Origin: a virus
Lineage: Duplodnaviria > Caudoviricetes
DNA length: 64,000 nt
Reading direction: 5' to 3' (one strand)
Virus record (IMG/VR): IMGVR_UViG_3300048582_000118
Coordinates: 687-64,686 of that record
Positions 26,931-36,356 of this stretch are shown here, piece by piece. Position numbers and translations under genes: made by a program. The notes under the pieces were generated by a model. The model was given only the letters and a program-made list of their open reading frames with translations, was not told the DNA's origin and ran no database searches. Every line of letters begins with the position of its first letter. The stretch's first letter is position 1.

Positions 26931-29390
26931 TTATTGAAACGGATCGATTTGACTTTCGTCACTTAGCCGTTCTTGCCTGCTATACTGAACCTGAATTGCT
27001 ATATTTTCAGCAATATTTGTTAGGACCTTTAGCTGCTTCTTTAATAGGTCTATTTCTGTTTTTGTATTTATCTCCGAGTACTTCTCGGGCCGTGCAGGTT
27101 CCGGTGAGGTTGCTGTCGTGTTGTCACCCTTAGAAGTCGGCACATTCAACGACGGACTTTCGATTGTTGTCTCGACAATTTTCTTTTCACCTATCGTGAC
27201 ATTATTCCCTGGTCCTACTTGAATTGCACCGACATTATTCAAATTTGTTATAGCCGTTGCTAATAAATCAACATCTGTTGCCATTCTGACAAACACTGAA
27301 TTTTCACTACTATAACTAGAAGTGGATGCCATCTCTTCGAACTCTTTAAACTTATCGGCGAAAGAGGTATCCATTCCGAATATTCCAGCAATAGAATCCC
27401 CAATGCCACTTGCCGATTGCAACGCTGTTCCACCGGCAAAGAGCGATAATCCAGCGCCGATGTCAGCAATTGCGCCACCGAGTGCCGATAATTTTGTAGA
27501 ATCAAGTGTTTCAAATTCTTTTAAACTTGCTGTAAACGTCGACAATGCAGATCCTGTCAACCATGTTGCCCCTGCTATGCCTGCGCCGATAAGTGCTATT
27601 GCTCCGCCGATAGCAGTTGCACCGAGTAAAATCATTGGGGCTTGAGAGCCTAGCGCAGCGAGACCGGCCCCTATTCCTTGAATTGCTACGCCAGCGCCTT
27701 TTCCTAATCCCCCTAATAATCCACCGGCTGCACCACCAGCAGCGCCGCCTACTGCTCCGCCCATAGCTGGTAATCCTTTAAATAATAGCAAGAGGCCGGC
27801 TCCTATGGCAGTAGCAGCAGCAGCGAGAATAGCAGGGCTCTCGAATACAGAAGCTATGGTATCTCCGAAACCGCCGATAAAACTATTAATCGCTGCTGCG
27901 GGGTCGTCCATTTTTTCTGCAAAGGCAGTAATACCGTCAAGCCACTTAGAGAGCATATCGATAATTACCGGTAACTTTTCTCCAAGTTTAGTTGCAAAAT
28001 CGATAATCTTCGGAACAACGGCAGTGACGCTCTTCTCGAATGACTCCCCGAAATTTGCTAAACTTTTAGTAAATGCTTCGTCATCGAATAGCCCACCGAT
28101 TATTCTTTCAAACATGGTACTAATTACTTTCCACGCGTCTCGCATGCTAGCGGCGCCTGCGAGCTGATCCTTAATTATTTTATTTGTTGTACCTTTTTTC
28201 TTAGCTTCTGCCCACTGATCAGTTTCGTCCATATTTTGCAGAGTTTGCTTAATTTGCATCTGCAATGCCATTGCCTGTTCGCCGGCATCTCCCATGGTCC
28301 GTAACATATCCACATTTACGTTAGCAATAGTTTCGAAGGTTGCCCGTGTTTGTTCCTTCGACATTTCGGTGCCGCTGTTGATCTGTTTGTGCATATTGTT
28401 TATTGCTTCGACTGCGCCGGGCGCAGTCGAAGCAAATGCACCCATCATATCCGATCTCATTACAAACGGATCTGCAAGTGCATCGAACACCGAAGTTCTT
28501 AACTTTTCAGATTCTGGCCCAGACATAAACGACCCGAGATTCATAAATGCATTGCGCACTTCATCTGTTGCATTTTGCAAGAAAAACTTAGTTTGTGTCG
28601 AGCCTTCTATGGTACCGCGAATATTTTCTAGCATTTGCTTTTTAGAAATCCCCAACACATGACTCATTTCATCGAAATTTTGAAACAATGTCTCTGCTTG
28701 TCGAGTCTGCCTATTTAAATCTTGAGAATTAGTAAATGCTTGTGTACGTTGCATATCTATGTACTCAGCTAAAAATTCCGCACTTTCGGAACTAGTAGCA
28801 CCTAAATGTCTCATGCGTTCGGTGAACTCTTTAGAACTTTTTGCAAATCTTTGTATTCCGTAGATGTTCAACGTATTACCGTATTCTTTTTGTAACTCCA
28901 CTAATTCACTAAATTCCAAATTTGCTTCGCGTGCAGCCCAGGCAAACGTCCCCATGCCGCCGGTTATATTTTCCTGTGTACTGATTAAATTCATACCGGC
29001 AGCATTTAAATCCACTACCATACTCAGTTGTTTAGCAATACCGCCAGTTAACATGCCTAATCCGGTGATTGTTGCACCGATACCCCAGCCTACTAGTTGT
29101 TTAGCTGTAGATGCCACTGCATCACCGAACGATTTAGTCTTCTTAGTGCTCTCTTGTAATGCATTACTATTTCTATCGGACTGATTTTCAAGATCATCCA
29201 TTGACTGCGTAAGATCATCGACTGCTTTTTGACCCGGCCCTAAGCCGCCACCTTTTTTAAGCGCAGCAACTTGTTGTTCGGATAATTTTTGCATTTTTTG
29301 GAGAGTGTTAAGTATTTCCGTAGACGTAGCCTCAGATGCCCACTGAGTTAAACCGCTGCCTATTCCTTCGATGACTACTGCATCAACCAT
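26931..29390 (-). CDS. Putative tail tape measure protein
   Basis: 819 aa, helical, with Ala/Gly-rich hydrophobic segments; adjacent to the gp26-like hub chaperone. Confidence 0.6.
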   Translation of the reverse strand: MVDAVVIEGIGSGLTQWASEATSTEILNTLQKMQKLSEQQVAALKKGGGLGPGQKAVDDLTQSMDDLENQSDRNSNALQESTKKTKSFGDAVASTAKQLVGWGIGATITGLGMLTGGIAKQLSMVVDLNAAGMNLISTQENITGGMGTFAWAAREANLEFSELVELQKEYGNTLNIYGIQRFAKSSKEFTERMRHLGATSSESAEFLAEYIDMQRTQAFTNSQDLNRQTRQAETLFQNFDEMSHVLGISKKQMLENIRGTIEGSTQTKFFLQNATDEVRNAFMNLGSFMSGPESEKLRTSVFDALADPFVMRSDMMGAFASTAPGAVEAINNMHKQINSGTEMSKEQTRATFETIANVNVDMLRTMGDAGEQAMALQMQIKQTLQNMDETDQWAEAKKKGTTNKIIKDQLAGAASMRDAWKVISTMFERIIGGLFDDEAFTKSLANFGESFEKSVTAVVPKIIDFATKLGEKLPVIIDMLSKWLDGITAFAEKMDDPAAAINSFIGGFGDTIASVFESPAILAAAATAIGAGLLLLFKGLPAMGGAVGGAAGGAAGGLLGGLGKGAGVAIQGIGAGLAALGSQAPMILLGATAIGGAIALIGAGIAGATWLTGSALSTFTASLKEFETLDSTKLSALGGAIADIGAGLSLFAGGTALQSASGIGDSIAGIFGMDTSFADKFKEFEEMASTSSYSSENSVFVRMATDVDLLATAITNLNNVGAIQVGPGNNVTIGEKKIVETTIESPSLNVPTSKGDNTTATSPEPARPEKYSEINTKTEIDLLKKQLKVLTNIAENIAIQVQYSRQERLSDESQIDPFQ

Positions 29391-29417
29391 AATTTATCTC
29401 CAACCGGTTTTAACGCT

Positions 29418-29425
29418 GATAAATA
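29418..29425 (+). promoter_or_regulatory. Putative late promoter GATAAATA for the gp26-like gene
   Basis: Exact motif, followed by an AAGGAG SD and ATG 29469. Confidence 0.6.
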
Positions 29426-29447
29426 GCACTTAGTTACCTATTATACT

Positions 29448-29455
29448 TATTTATC
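29448..29455 (-). promoter_or_regulatory. Putative late promoter GATAAATA for the tape-measure/portal operon
   Basis: TATTTATC on the + strand; points toward ATG 29390. Confidence 0.6.
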
Positions 29456-29468
29456 AAGGAGATGATTA

Positions 29469-30314
29469 ATGACACAGACCAACCCGCTAAGGCACTACTT
29501 TAGGCATGTCAAATTGTACGTATCTTTGCCTAGCGGAACTACATACTATACTCCGGATGTAATAGAATTCACCGATAGCGGCGAAGTGGGCATAATGCCG
29601 ATGACAGCAAAAGATGAAATCATTACTCGAAATCCAGATGCATTACTTAACGGAGAAGCAATTTCGCAAATCATTAGCAGTTGCGTGCCGGCGGTGAAGG
29701 ATCCTAAGAAATTACTAGCAAATGACATCGATACGCTGATGATTGCCGTTCGACACGCCACTTACGGCGACGATTTAGAAGTTAACGTAGCTTGCCCTAA
29801 GTGCGATCATGCTAATAAATTTTCCGTAAACATCACGCAAAGTTTAGCAACTATGGCTAAGCTAGATCCGGAATACGCGATTGAATTACAAGACGGTATT
29901 AAAATCTTCGTTAAACCTTTCTCTTATCAAGATACAATACTTGCTATGAGGGCGCAATTTGAACAATTTAAAATCGCTAAAAATATTAGTAACGATAAAC
30001 TAAGCGACGACGACAGAGTGAAGATTTTCTCTAAAAGTTTTAATGAAATATCTAATCTAAACATGCAACTAATTAGCAATTGTATCGTAAAAATTACACA
30101 AGAAGAAGAAGATTTAGAAGTAGTTGAAAAACCATTCATATTAGAATTCATCCAAAATATCGAAAAACATGTTTTTAGCGAATTAGATTCGTTAATTAAA
30201 GAGATTAATTCAATTGGAGTCAATAAAACATTTAATGCAAAGTGCGAAAAGTGCGAACACGAATGGGAGGCGTCGATCGATTTCAATCCTATAAATTTTT
30301 TTACAGAGTCCTGA
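29469..30314 (+). CDS. gp26: Baseplate hub assembly protein, gp26-like (tail assembly chaperone)
   Basis: LPSG..Y, PMTAKDE, D.D.L.IA.R.ATYG, two CxxC pairs (CPKC, CEKC), C-terminal NFF. Confidence 0.8.
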   Translation: MTQTNPLRHYFRHVKLYVSLPSGTTYYTPDVIEFTDSGEVGIMPMTAKDEIITRNPDALLNGEAISQIISSCVPAVKDPKKLLANDIDTLMIAVRHATYGDDLEVNVACPKCDHANKFSVNITQSLATMAKLDPEYAIELQDGIKIFVKPFSYQDTILAMRAQFEQFKIAKNISNDKLSDDDRVKIFSKSFNEISNLNMQLISNCIVKITQEEEDLEVVEKPFILEFIQNIEKHVFSELDSLIKEINSIGVNKTFNAKCEKCEHEWEASIDFNPINFFTES

Positions 30315-30532
30315 TGTCTGCTGATTACGCCAAAATAGCAGAAGTTGTTCAGGGCATGGAAAAAGATCAAGATGCATTACACCATCAAATAGGTGATATA
30401 TGTTATTGGATGAAGGGCGGTATTACCTGGGACGAAGCATGGGCACTGTCGTTTAGAGATAGAGAACGCTTGATTAAGAGCTTAAATGATAAAATACGCA
30501 AGCAAAGTGGAGACACGAGAGAGTATATGTAA
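30314..30532 (+). CDS. Small hub assembly protein, gp51-like; probable -1 frameshift extension of the gp26-like gene
   Basis: TGATG overlap; ICYWMKGGITWDEAWALSFRDRE; this frame is open back through the T7 slippery run. Confidence 0.65.
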   Translation: MSADYAKIAEVVQGMEKDQDALHHQIGDICYWMKGGITWDEAWALSFRDRERLIKSLNDKIRKQSGDTREYM

Positions 30533-31044
30533 TGAACACTTTATTAAATTACGATTTTCCGAAAACAGACAAAGAGTGTTGGGAAAAATTCCCTCACTTG
30601 AACTGGGTTTATAACACTACGCGATTACTAGATTGTCAACATTTGTCATGGGCGCCTTTCCCTACAGAGGCGTTCACCCACGGAATAGAAATATTCATGT
30701 ATGATAAGAAAATAAAATTTAGCAGCGAAAATTTATCATCGCTCGTGTATGTTTCTCCGCCCACAGGAAAATTAGTTACCACTGAAGTAATTATTCATAA
30801 AGGTGAGATTAAATGGCTAGGGCATATTACTTCACCTAATACCATTTCCGAAAGTATCACCGGAGACATAGACCTCTGTATAAATGCTTTTGTTACGTTA
30901 TACTTTAAAAAGTTCACAGGAATTATATCTGTAGATACAATCGGGCATTACATATATGCAGTAAGGTTAAGACCTACACATAGCATGGGCAGTTTTTATT
31001 CAGAAGAAGCACAAAAAATTTTAAAGAAGATATTTAAAAAATAA
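30532..31044 (+). CDS. Hypothetical protein (N-terminus resembles phage ATP-grasp-like proteins)
   Basis: 170-aa ORF coupled by TAATG; DKECWEKFPHLNWVYN motif; the functional guess is weak. Confidence 0.6.
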   Translation: MNTLLNYDFPKTDKECWEKFPHLNWVYNTTRLLDCQHLSWAPFPTEAFTHGIEIFMYDKKIKFSSENLSSLVYVSPPTGKLVTTEVIIHKGEIKWLGHITSPNTISESITGDIDLCINAFVTLYFKKFTGIISVDTIGHYIYAVRLRPTHSMGSFYSEEAQKILKKIFKK

Positions 31045-31058
31045 ATTAATACAAATTT

Positions 31059-31083
31059 AGCCGCTTTAAATAGCGGCTTTTTT
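31059..31083 (+). terminator. Intrinsic terminator
   Basis: AGCCGCT-TTAAAT-AGCGGCT followed by a T-run, 15 nt after the stop at 31044. Confidence 0.8.
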
Positions 31084-31138
31084 ACGACTTTAATCCCTGA
31101 ACTAAAACTCGTAGCTATCCATTATTCTCTATCATACT

Positions 31139-32017
31139 CAGTGGCAAGCCACTGTAAAAAATAAATGCAGTTAAGCTCACATTCGTTCGCTTCTGCATTT
31201 ATTTTTTAATTTCTTTAATATTAGATATAACTATTATTTTACAGTTTTAATTCTTCTGCTTTTGATCCACTACTACCTGGTGTGGAAGATATTTGTCATA
31301 TAACGGTAACTGAATGCTCGCGCCTAAGCGCGATGCATTCGGTCGTTATTACCCGTTACGCGGGTACTTTAAAAAAACTGTAAGACATATAAAACCTGTC
31401 TTACAGTTTTTTTAACAATAACGCACAACCTGGTTAGTTGTCCTATTTCTCATACAGTCGTACTTAACCCGATGTTAAGTCACCTAAGCGAATGATTAGT
31501 TACGCAAAGGGGGCGGTTAGCCGGTACCACGACCCGTCAGTCTAGCGGAAGCCAAAGTAGTCGCTAATGAGGACGAACTAAATTGACCAATGTTGCGCCA
31601 TGCTATTAAATCGTTAGCATATTCTTTTCTATCCTATACATATAGGGCGCAGAGCAAAATCTTTTTTGGTGGGATCTTGTGACACCCAAGCTCCGAACGG
31701 CCGCCACTACAACGCCGTCCTCAATGGGATAGTTTATTAGACTATAATTAGGTCACTTGTTCAGAATTTAAGATTAGAAGCTAATCTAACCACATTAAAT
31801 CCTTTTTGCCCATAACAAGGGGCTGCAAATATATTTAATTGGGAGTTTTAATAAGTAAAATAAGAACGCTGCTCACCATTCCCGCTCTAGCGTTATTGTC
31901 GGGGGCTATTGTTTATATATTTAAATTATGTTATGCTGTATTTGACGCCCTATCCACTAGCAATGTCATGGGAGCGGTTTGTATAGTTTATATGTAATAT
32001 CTATAAGTTTTTTAAGT
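31139..32017 (-). ncRNA. Candidate large structured non-coding RNA or replication-origin region (unassigned)
   Basis: About 1 kb with no ORF in the track, many perfect hairpins and crossed long-range helices; CATAAATA late-like motif on the minus strand at 32023-32030. Strand and ends are inferred. Confidence 0.4.
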
Positions 32018-32061
32018 AAAGGTATTTATGTTGTCGTTTTAAAATCTGTTGTAAAAAGTGG

Positions 32062-32586
32062 TCACGTAAAAAAGAACGTATCTTCGTTTGCTAACACTGT
32101 TTCTAATTTATAACCGTAGTATCCTTTGTATTTAAGTTGGCATTCGACTTCGTCTAGCGGTGAGTCTAAAAATACAATTTCTTTTACATTATTGTATTTT
32201 ATTATTAACATCATTGCTTTGCCGGCACTTATACTATCTTGTTTAGCTTGTGCTAGCCAGCCGTCCCACTGTGTTACTTGTTGATCGAATACACTTTGGA
32301 ATGTAGGCGCTGATTTATAGTGCTTACATTCCAAAGTATACTTAAAATCTCGCGGACAGATTAAATCGCCGAATACAGCATAATCCAAATTATGCGTTGT
32401 AGTTCGGCGAGCGTTTGAACCGCCATAAAATGACCCCGAATCCGGATTCCTCTGAAAACCTTTTTCCACTTTTAAGTGCGTTTTAAATCTGTCAGACAGT
32501 AAATTTGCAATCTTACGTTCAAAATTGTTCCCTTTTGCTTTGCCGTTAACTGCCTTTGATTTAGTTGTCATACTACTATGTATCAT
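32062..32586 (-). CDS. Holliday-junction resolvase-like PD-(D/E)XK nuclease
   Basis: KAKGNNFERKIA...SGSFYGG...GDL...LECKHY...W..QA motifs; the start may be ATG 32571. Confidence 0.7.
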   Translation of the reverse strand: MIHSSMTTKSKAVNGKAKGNNFERKIANLLSDRFKTHLKVEKGFQRNPDSGSFYGGSNARRTTTHNLDYAVFGDLICPRDFKYTLECKHYKSAPTFQSVFDQQVTQWDGWLAQAKQDSISAGKAMMLIIKYNNVKEIVFLDSPLDEVECQLKYKGYYGYKLETVLANEDTFFFT

Positions 32587-32616
32587 TAACGAAATCTAGA
32601 TCGTATTTAAAATGGT

Positions 32617-34374
32617 TTATTTACTCTCCGGTGCAAATGTTGTAAATCCGTTCTCCTTTACAACTTGCAGTATGTTGCTAACTCGCCCGTTTAGTTCGTC
32701 TCGATGGCTAATTAAGAAGATGTTTCTATGCTGATCTCTGCTCATTTTCTTTAACACACCTAATGCACTTTCCACACCTGATGTATCTAAACCGTTATCT
32801 AAAAGTTCGTCGATGAACAATAAATTAATACGATCGTTTAAACTTTCGTAAACATCCCTAAACGCCCATGACAGCGACAGAATTAAACGAGTCCTTTCGC
32901 CGCGACTTAGATTATCAAAGTCGAAGTCTCTACCGTACTGTGTTATTTCTACTTCCAAGTCCGATTTAAACTTAACTTCGTGCGGTAATCCCACTTTAGT
33001 TAAATAGTTCGATAGTCGACTATTTAGGTATGCAAGATTTTGATCGATAATCTTTTTTCGAATAAAACTATCCTTGTTTGTTAGTAATTTAAGCAAGAAT
33101 TCCTGATGATCCCTTAGAGATGTCATGGTGTTCATGAATTCGTAATCAACTTTCTGCAACGCACCTTTGCGCAAAGAATCTACTTGATCTTTATACGGAT
33201 TCTTTGTGTTAGCTTCCCTCTCTAGGTTATTTGTCAACTCTAGTAGAGTTGATTTATGATTTAATGCATCCTCTAATGTTTCATAATACGTATTGATATC
33301 CTCTTCGACTTCTAAAGAAACCATTTTTTCTTCTATTTCTGCGAGATTAGATGTCTTTTCGTTTATCTTTTCCGATAAAATAGTAGCTTCTGCTTCGTAT
33401 TCTGCATGTACTTTTTTGTGTGTACTCTTGTCCATTTCTTGGCTACAAGTAGGACAGACTTTTTCTGTCGATTTACTAAGGTGAGTATTTGTGGCTGCAA
33501 GATTTTTCGTATAGAGCGCAATTTCTTTTTTAAGTGCAGTTACTTCTTGATTTAGTGTTTTGTATTCGGCATAAACAATCGCAGATTCTGCATTCTTTTT
33601 GTGTGCATTAATCTCAATAGTGATATCTAGGTGTTCGAGCGCAACAATCTTTTCACTGTACTCTTCTAGCTGTGTGCTTTTAGATTTTTCCCACGCTGCA
33701 CTTTTTATCTCAATAGATTTGATATTATCTTCTATTTTTTTATTAGCTTCGTTAGTAGCTTTGATGCGAAATTCTTCTTCCTTGATAGCATCTTTGACTT
33801 CTTTTAGTTGTACTTTTAGGTTTTCTGCTTTTTCCGATAGCTTAGTAATACCTAACAATTGTTCAATTAAATCGCGCTGTTCGTTAGATTTTAATGCAAG
33901 AAATGGTTCGTTATATGTATTGAGTGCAATGATCTGCTTAAACATATCGTGCGTAATACCGATGGTGTTCTCGACCTCAACCTGTGTCAACCGGCTATCG
34001 CCCTGAGCCTCATCGGTTTCGCCGTCGTGCGCAATACCATTTACAATAAATTTAAAAATGTTAGGCTTACGCCCTCTTTCAATTCGATATACCGTTCCGT
34101 CTTTCTCAAATTCGATTGTTACCATCATGCCTTTAGTATTAATTTTGTTAACAAGATTGTCTTTTTTAATCTTAACTAACGCTTCCCCATATAAGGCATA
34201 AGAAATAGCATTTAGGATTGAGGATTTACCAGTGCCGTTTCTATTATCGTTGCCGCCGAGGTCTAAATTCTCGCCTAATACCAGTGTCAATTCCTCGTCA
34301 GTAAATGTCACGGCTTGTGACACATTCCCCACTGAAAGAAAGTTTTTAACTGTAATATTCTTTATGTTTATCAT
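32617..34374 (-). CDS. gp46: Recombination endonuclease ATPase subunit, gp46 (Rad50/SbcC-like)
   Basis: Walker A NGTGKS, CPTC zinc hook, signature LSRGE, Walker B LFIDE, ISH. Confidence 0.93.
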   Translation of the reverse strand: MINIKNITVKNFLSVGNVSQAVTFTDEELTLVLGENLDLGGNDNRNGTGKSSILNAISYALYGEALVKIKKDNLVNKINTKGMMVTIEFEKDGTVYRIERGRKPNIFKFIVNGIAHDGETDEAQGDSRLTQVEVENTIGITHDMFKQIIALNTYNEPFLALKSNEQRDLIEQLLGITKLSEKAENLKVQLKEVKDAIKEEEFRIKATNEANKKIEDNIKSIEIKSAAWEKSKSTQLEEYSEKIVALEHLDITIEINAHKKNAESAIVYAEYKTLNQEVTALKKEIALYTKNLAATNTHLSKSTEKVCPTCSQEMDKSTHKKVHAEYEAEATILSEKINEKTSNLAEIEEKMVSLEVEEDINTYYETLEDALNHKSTLLELTNNLEREANTKNPYKDQVDSLRKGALQKVDYEFMNTMTSLRDHQEFLLKLLTNKDSFIRKKIIDQNLAYLNSRLSNYLTKVGLPHEVKFKSDLEVEITQYGRDFDFDNLSRGERTRLILSLSWAFRDVYESLNDRINLLFIDELLDNGLDTSGVESALGVLKKMSRDQHRNIFLISHRDELNGRVSNILQVVKENGFTTFAPESK

Positions 34375-35390
34375 AGGTTATTGTAGATTTCCAGTAATTT
34401 AGTTCTGTCAAAAGTCTCCGTATCTAAGTTAGCCAACTGCTCTGCTACTAATTGGTCGATAGTCTGGAACCCAATTTCTCCCTCAAATTCTAACTGTTCT
34501 TCCGATGCTTTGTCGTACACGAATTTTATTTCTCTTAAATTATACGTTTCTGTAAAAGTGTCTTTCATGAAGTTTGCATCTTCGTATGTAATGTCTGAAT
34601 CGAGTGTAACCCGGACAAATGTTTTTGGTTTCAGATATTCATCGGTATTATCTAAAAGTTCCGATAAAAAACAAGTAATATATCGCGGACCGTCCTCCCA
34701 GTTCACATACTCCGGCGCCCCGCCCCATTCTAAAAACATAGCACCTCGATCAAAATCCCATGCATCGGCATAGTTGTGTCCGAATGGGTTGCCGATGTAA
34801 TGGATATTACCTTGTTGCTGTCTCTTATGAAAATGCCCACTAAAGACATAGTCCTGGTGCTTAAACTGTGTGCGGTTTATTGTACCGTGATCCGGCATTT
34901 CTATTTGCGCATTCATCTTAAACCCAGGTATTTCAAAGTGCCCAAATACGTATTTAGACTTAATGTCTTTGATAGTCTTCCACTCGTCTTCTACTAGCCA
35001 CGGGACAATTGCAACATCCCCGTCTATTAGCGGTTCGTCTACGACAGTGACGTTACTTAGGTACGTTCCTGCAATTAATGAGTGAATTTCACGCTTTTCT
35101 CTATAAAATAAGTCATGATTGCCTGCAATAAAATATACTTGCTCGAAGTTATCGCTGAGATATTTTATATTAGATGCACTATAATTTAGTGTAGACACGT
35201 TTACGTTAGAACGATGATGGTGAAAGTCACCTAGCATAATGCAGGTTTCGCATCCGCGCGCCTTTGCCTGCCTTACAAACCACCGAACAAAGGCTTCGCA
35301 ATCGTCATTATGTTGACGACTGTTATTCTTTAGTCCAAAATGGATATCAGTGAAGGTTGCGACTTTTTTAAACAAATTCCCTTTAATCAT
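34371..35390 (-). CDS. gp47: Recombination endonuclease nuclease subunit, gp47 (Mre11/SbcD-like)
   Basis: DIHFG, LGD, GNHD, GHFE and SGHFH phosphoesterase motifs. Confidence 0.93.
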   Translation of the reverse strand: MIKGNLFKKVATFTDIHFGLKNNSRQHNDDCEAFVRWFVRQAKARGCETCIMLGDFHHHRSNVNVSTLNYSASNIKYLSDNFEQVYFIAGNHDLFYREKREIHSLIAGTYLSNVTVVDEPLIDGDVAIVPWLVEDEWKTIKDIKSKYVFGHFEIPGFKMNAQIEMPDHGTINRTQFKHQDYVFSGHFHKRQQQGNIHYIGNPFGHNYADAWDFDRGAMFLEWGGAPEYVNWEDGPRYITCFLSELLDNTDEYLKPKTFVRVTLDSDITYEDANFMKDTFTETYNLREIKFVYDKASEEQLEFEGEIGFQTIDQLVAEQLANLDTETFDRTKLLEIYNNL

Positions 35391-35403
35391 TAATCCGTTC
35401 CTT

Positions 35404-36258
35404 TTAGTCTTGTTCGGAGTCGTGTTCTCTTATTTGGCGCAGCTCTTCTTCAACTGCTAGTTGTCGAGTAAAACTCGGCATTTGCCCAGCGGCTTGTAAT
35501 AGGTCATCGCGTAAATCTTGATTTTTCTTTTCGGTATTAAGCACCCGGGTAAAGCTATTGCTTATCGAAGCAGTAAAGTACGAAAAAGGATTATCACTTT
35601 TTGCTTCGTTAAACTGCAAACCCATTTGTGATAGTTGTAATAACGCCTGTCCCTTCATCTCATCTAAATAGGTGTATCCTCGCCAATTTGATCTCTGACT
35701 ATACTTGTTTACCATTAAGATGAACATTCTTGCTAATTTATCGGTTATGGACCCGCAAGAGACGTTGAATTCACCATTTTTAAAATGCGAAACAAGAACT
35801 TCTTTTAATTGAATAATTTGATTGCCGTGATCGTCTAACACGTTTTCTAGCATGTAATGCTTGAATGGTATAAAATTTACTCGGCATTTAGTGTCTGCTT
35901 CTGATTTAGGATTCTTTTTTCTGCCGGCCATAAATGGTATATGTTCGTATGTTGTAACACGAAATACTAAGTCATCGTTTGGTATTAGCGTCGGGTCTGA
36001 TCTAAATTCAGCTAATTTAGGCTTTACTGCCGGTTTTAAAGCTATCGCGGCTTTATAGGCTATATCAGCAAGTTTAGCTTCTCTTTTAATCTTTGCAGCT
36101 TCAATGTTTTCGGGCAATAGTGCATCTTCTTTACAATCTAAAATTAGATCATAATCGCCGTGACGAGGCACTGCATATTCACAATAAGATAATTTACTCT
36201 TGTGAATTTCAGTTAACATGTCTTTATTATTTAGGTAATTTACCTTAGGTGCGATCAT
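35404..36258 (-). CDS. gp55: Late-transcription sigma factor, T4 gp55-like
   Basis: NYLNNKDML, RSNWRGYTYLDEM and F.EAKSDNPFSYFT...NSF...EKK motifs; gp55-47-46 synteny. Confidence 0.85.
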   Translation of the reverse strand: MIAPKVNYLNNKDMLTEIHKSKLSYCEYAVPRHGDYDLILDCKEDALLPENIEAAKIKREAKLADIAYKAAIALKPAVKPKLAEFRSDPTLIPNDDLVFRVTTYEHIPFMAGRKKNPKSEADTKCRVNFIPFKHYMLENVLDDHGNQIIQLKEVLVSHFKNGEFNVSCGSITDKLARMFILMVNKYSQRSNWRGYTYLDEMKGQALLQLSQMGLQFNEAKSDNPFSYFTASISNSFTRVLNTEKKNQDLRDDLLQAAGQMPSFTRQLAVEEELRQIREHDSEQD

Positions 36259-36292
36259 ATACTCTCCATGTATAGTGTTTCTCCATTGTGTA

Positions 36293-36321
36293 ATTGTACA
36301 CTATTTGACGCACTTTGTCAA
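36293..36321 (-). promoter_or_regulatory. Sigma70 promoter TTGACA-17-TACAAT for the gp55-gp47-gp46 operon
   Basis: -35 at 36316-36321, -10 at 36293-36298. Confidence 0.75.
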
Positions 36322-36356
36322 CTGTTTCTTAATAAAAATCTCCGATTTTTTGAAAT

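Noticed and set aside
30242-30313. Track start at 30242 for a 96-aa ORF
   Set aside because: It overlaps the conserved gp26-like C-terminus; better explained by ATG 30314 and/or -1 frameshift entry.
31045-32060. tRNA cluster, tmRNA, RNase P RNA or self-splicing intron
   Set aside because: No cloverleaf with a T-loop, no tag-peptide frame, no GAGGAAAGUCC motif and no interrupted host gene. The partial ACCGGCTAA resemblance to the RNase P 3' end is insufficient.
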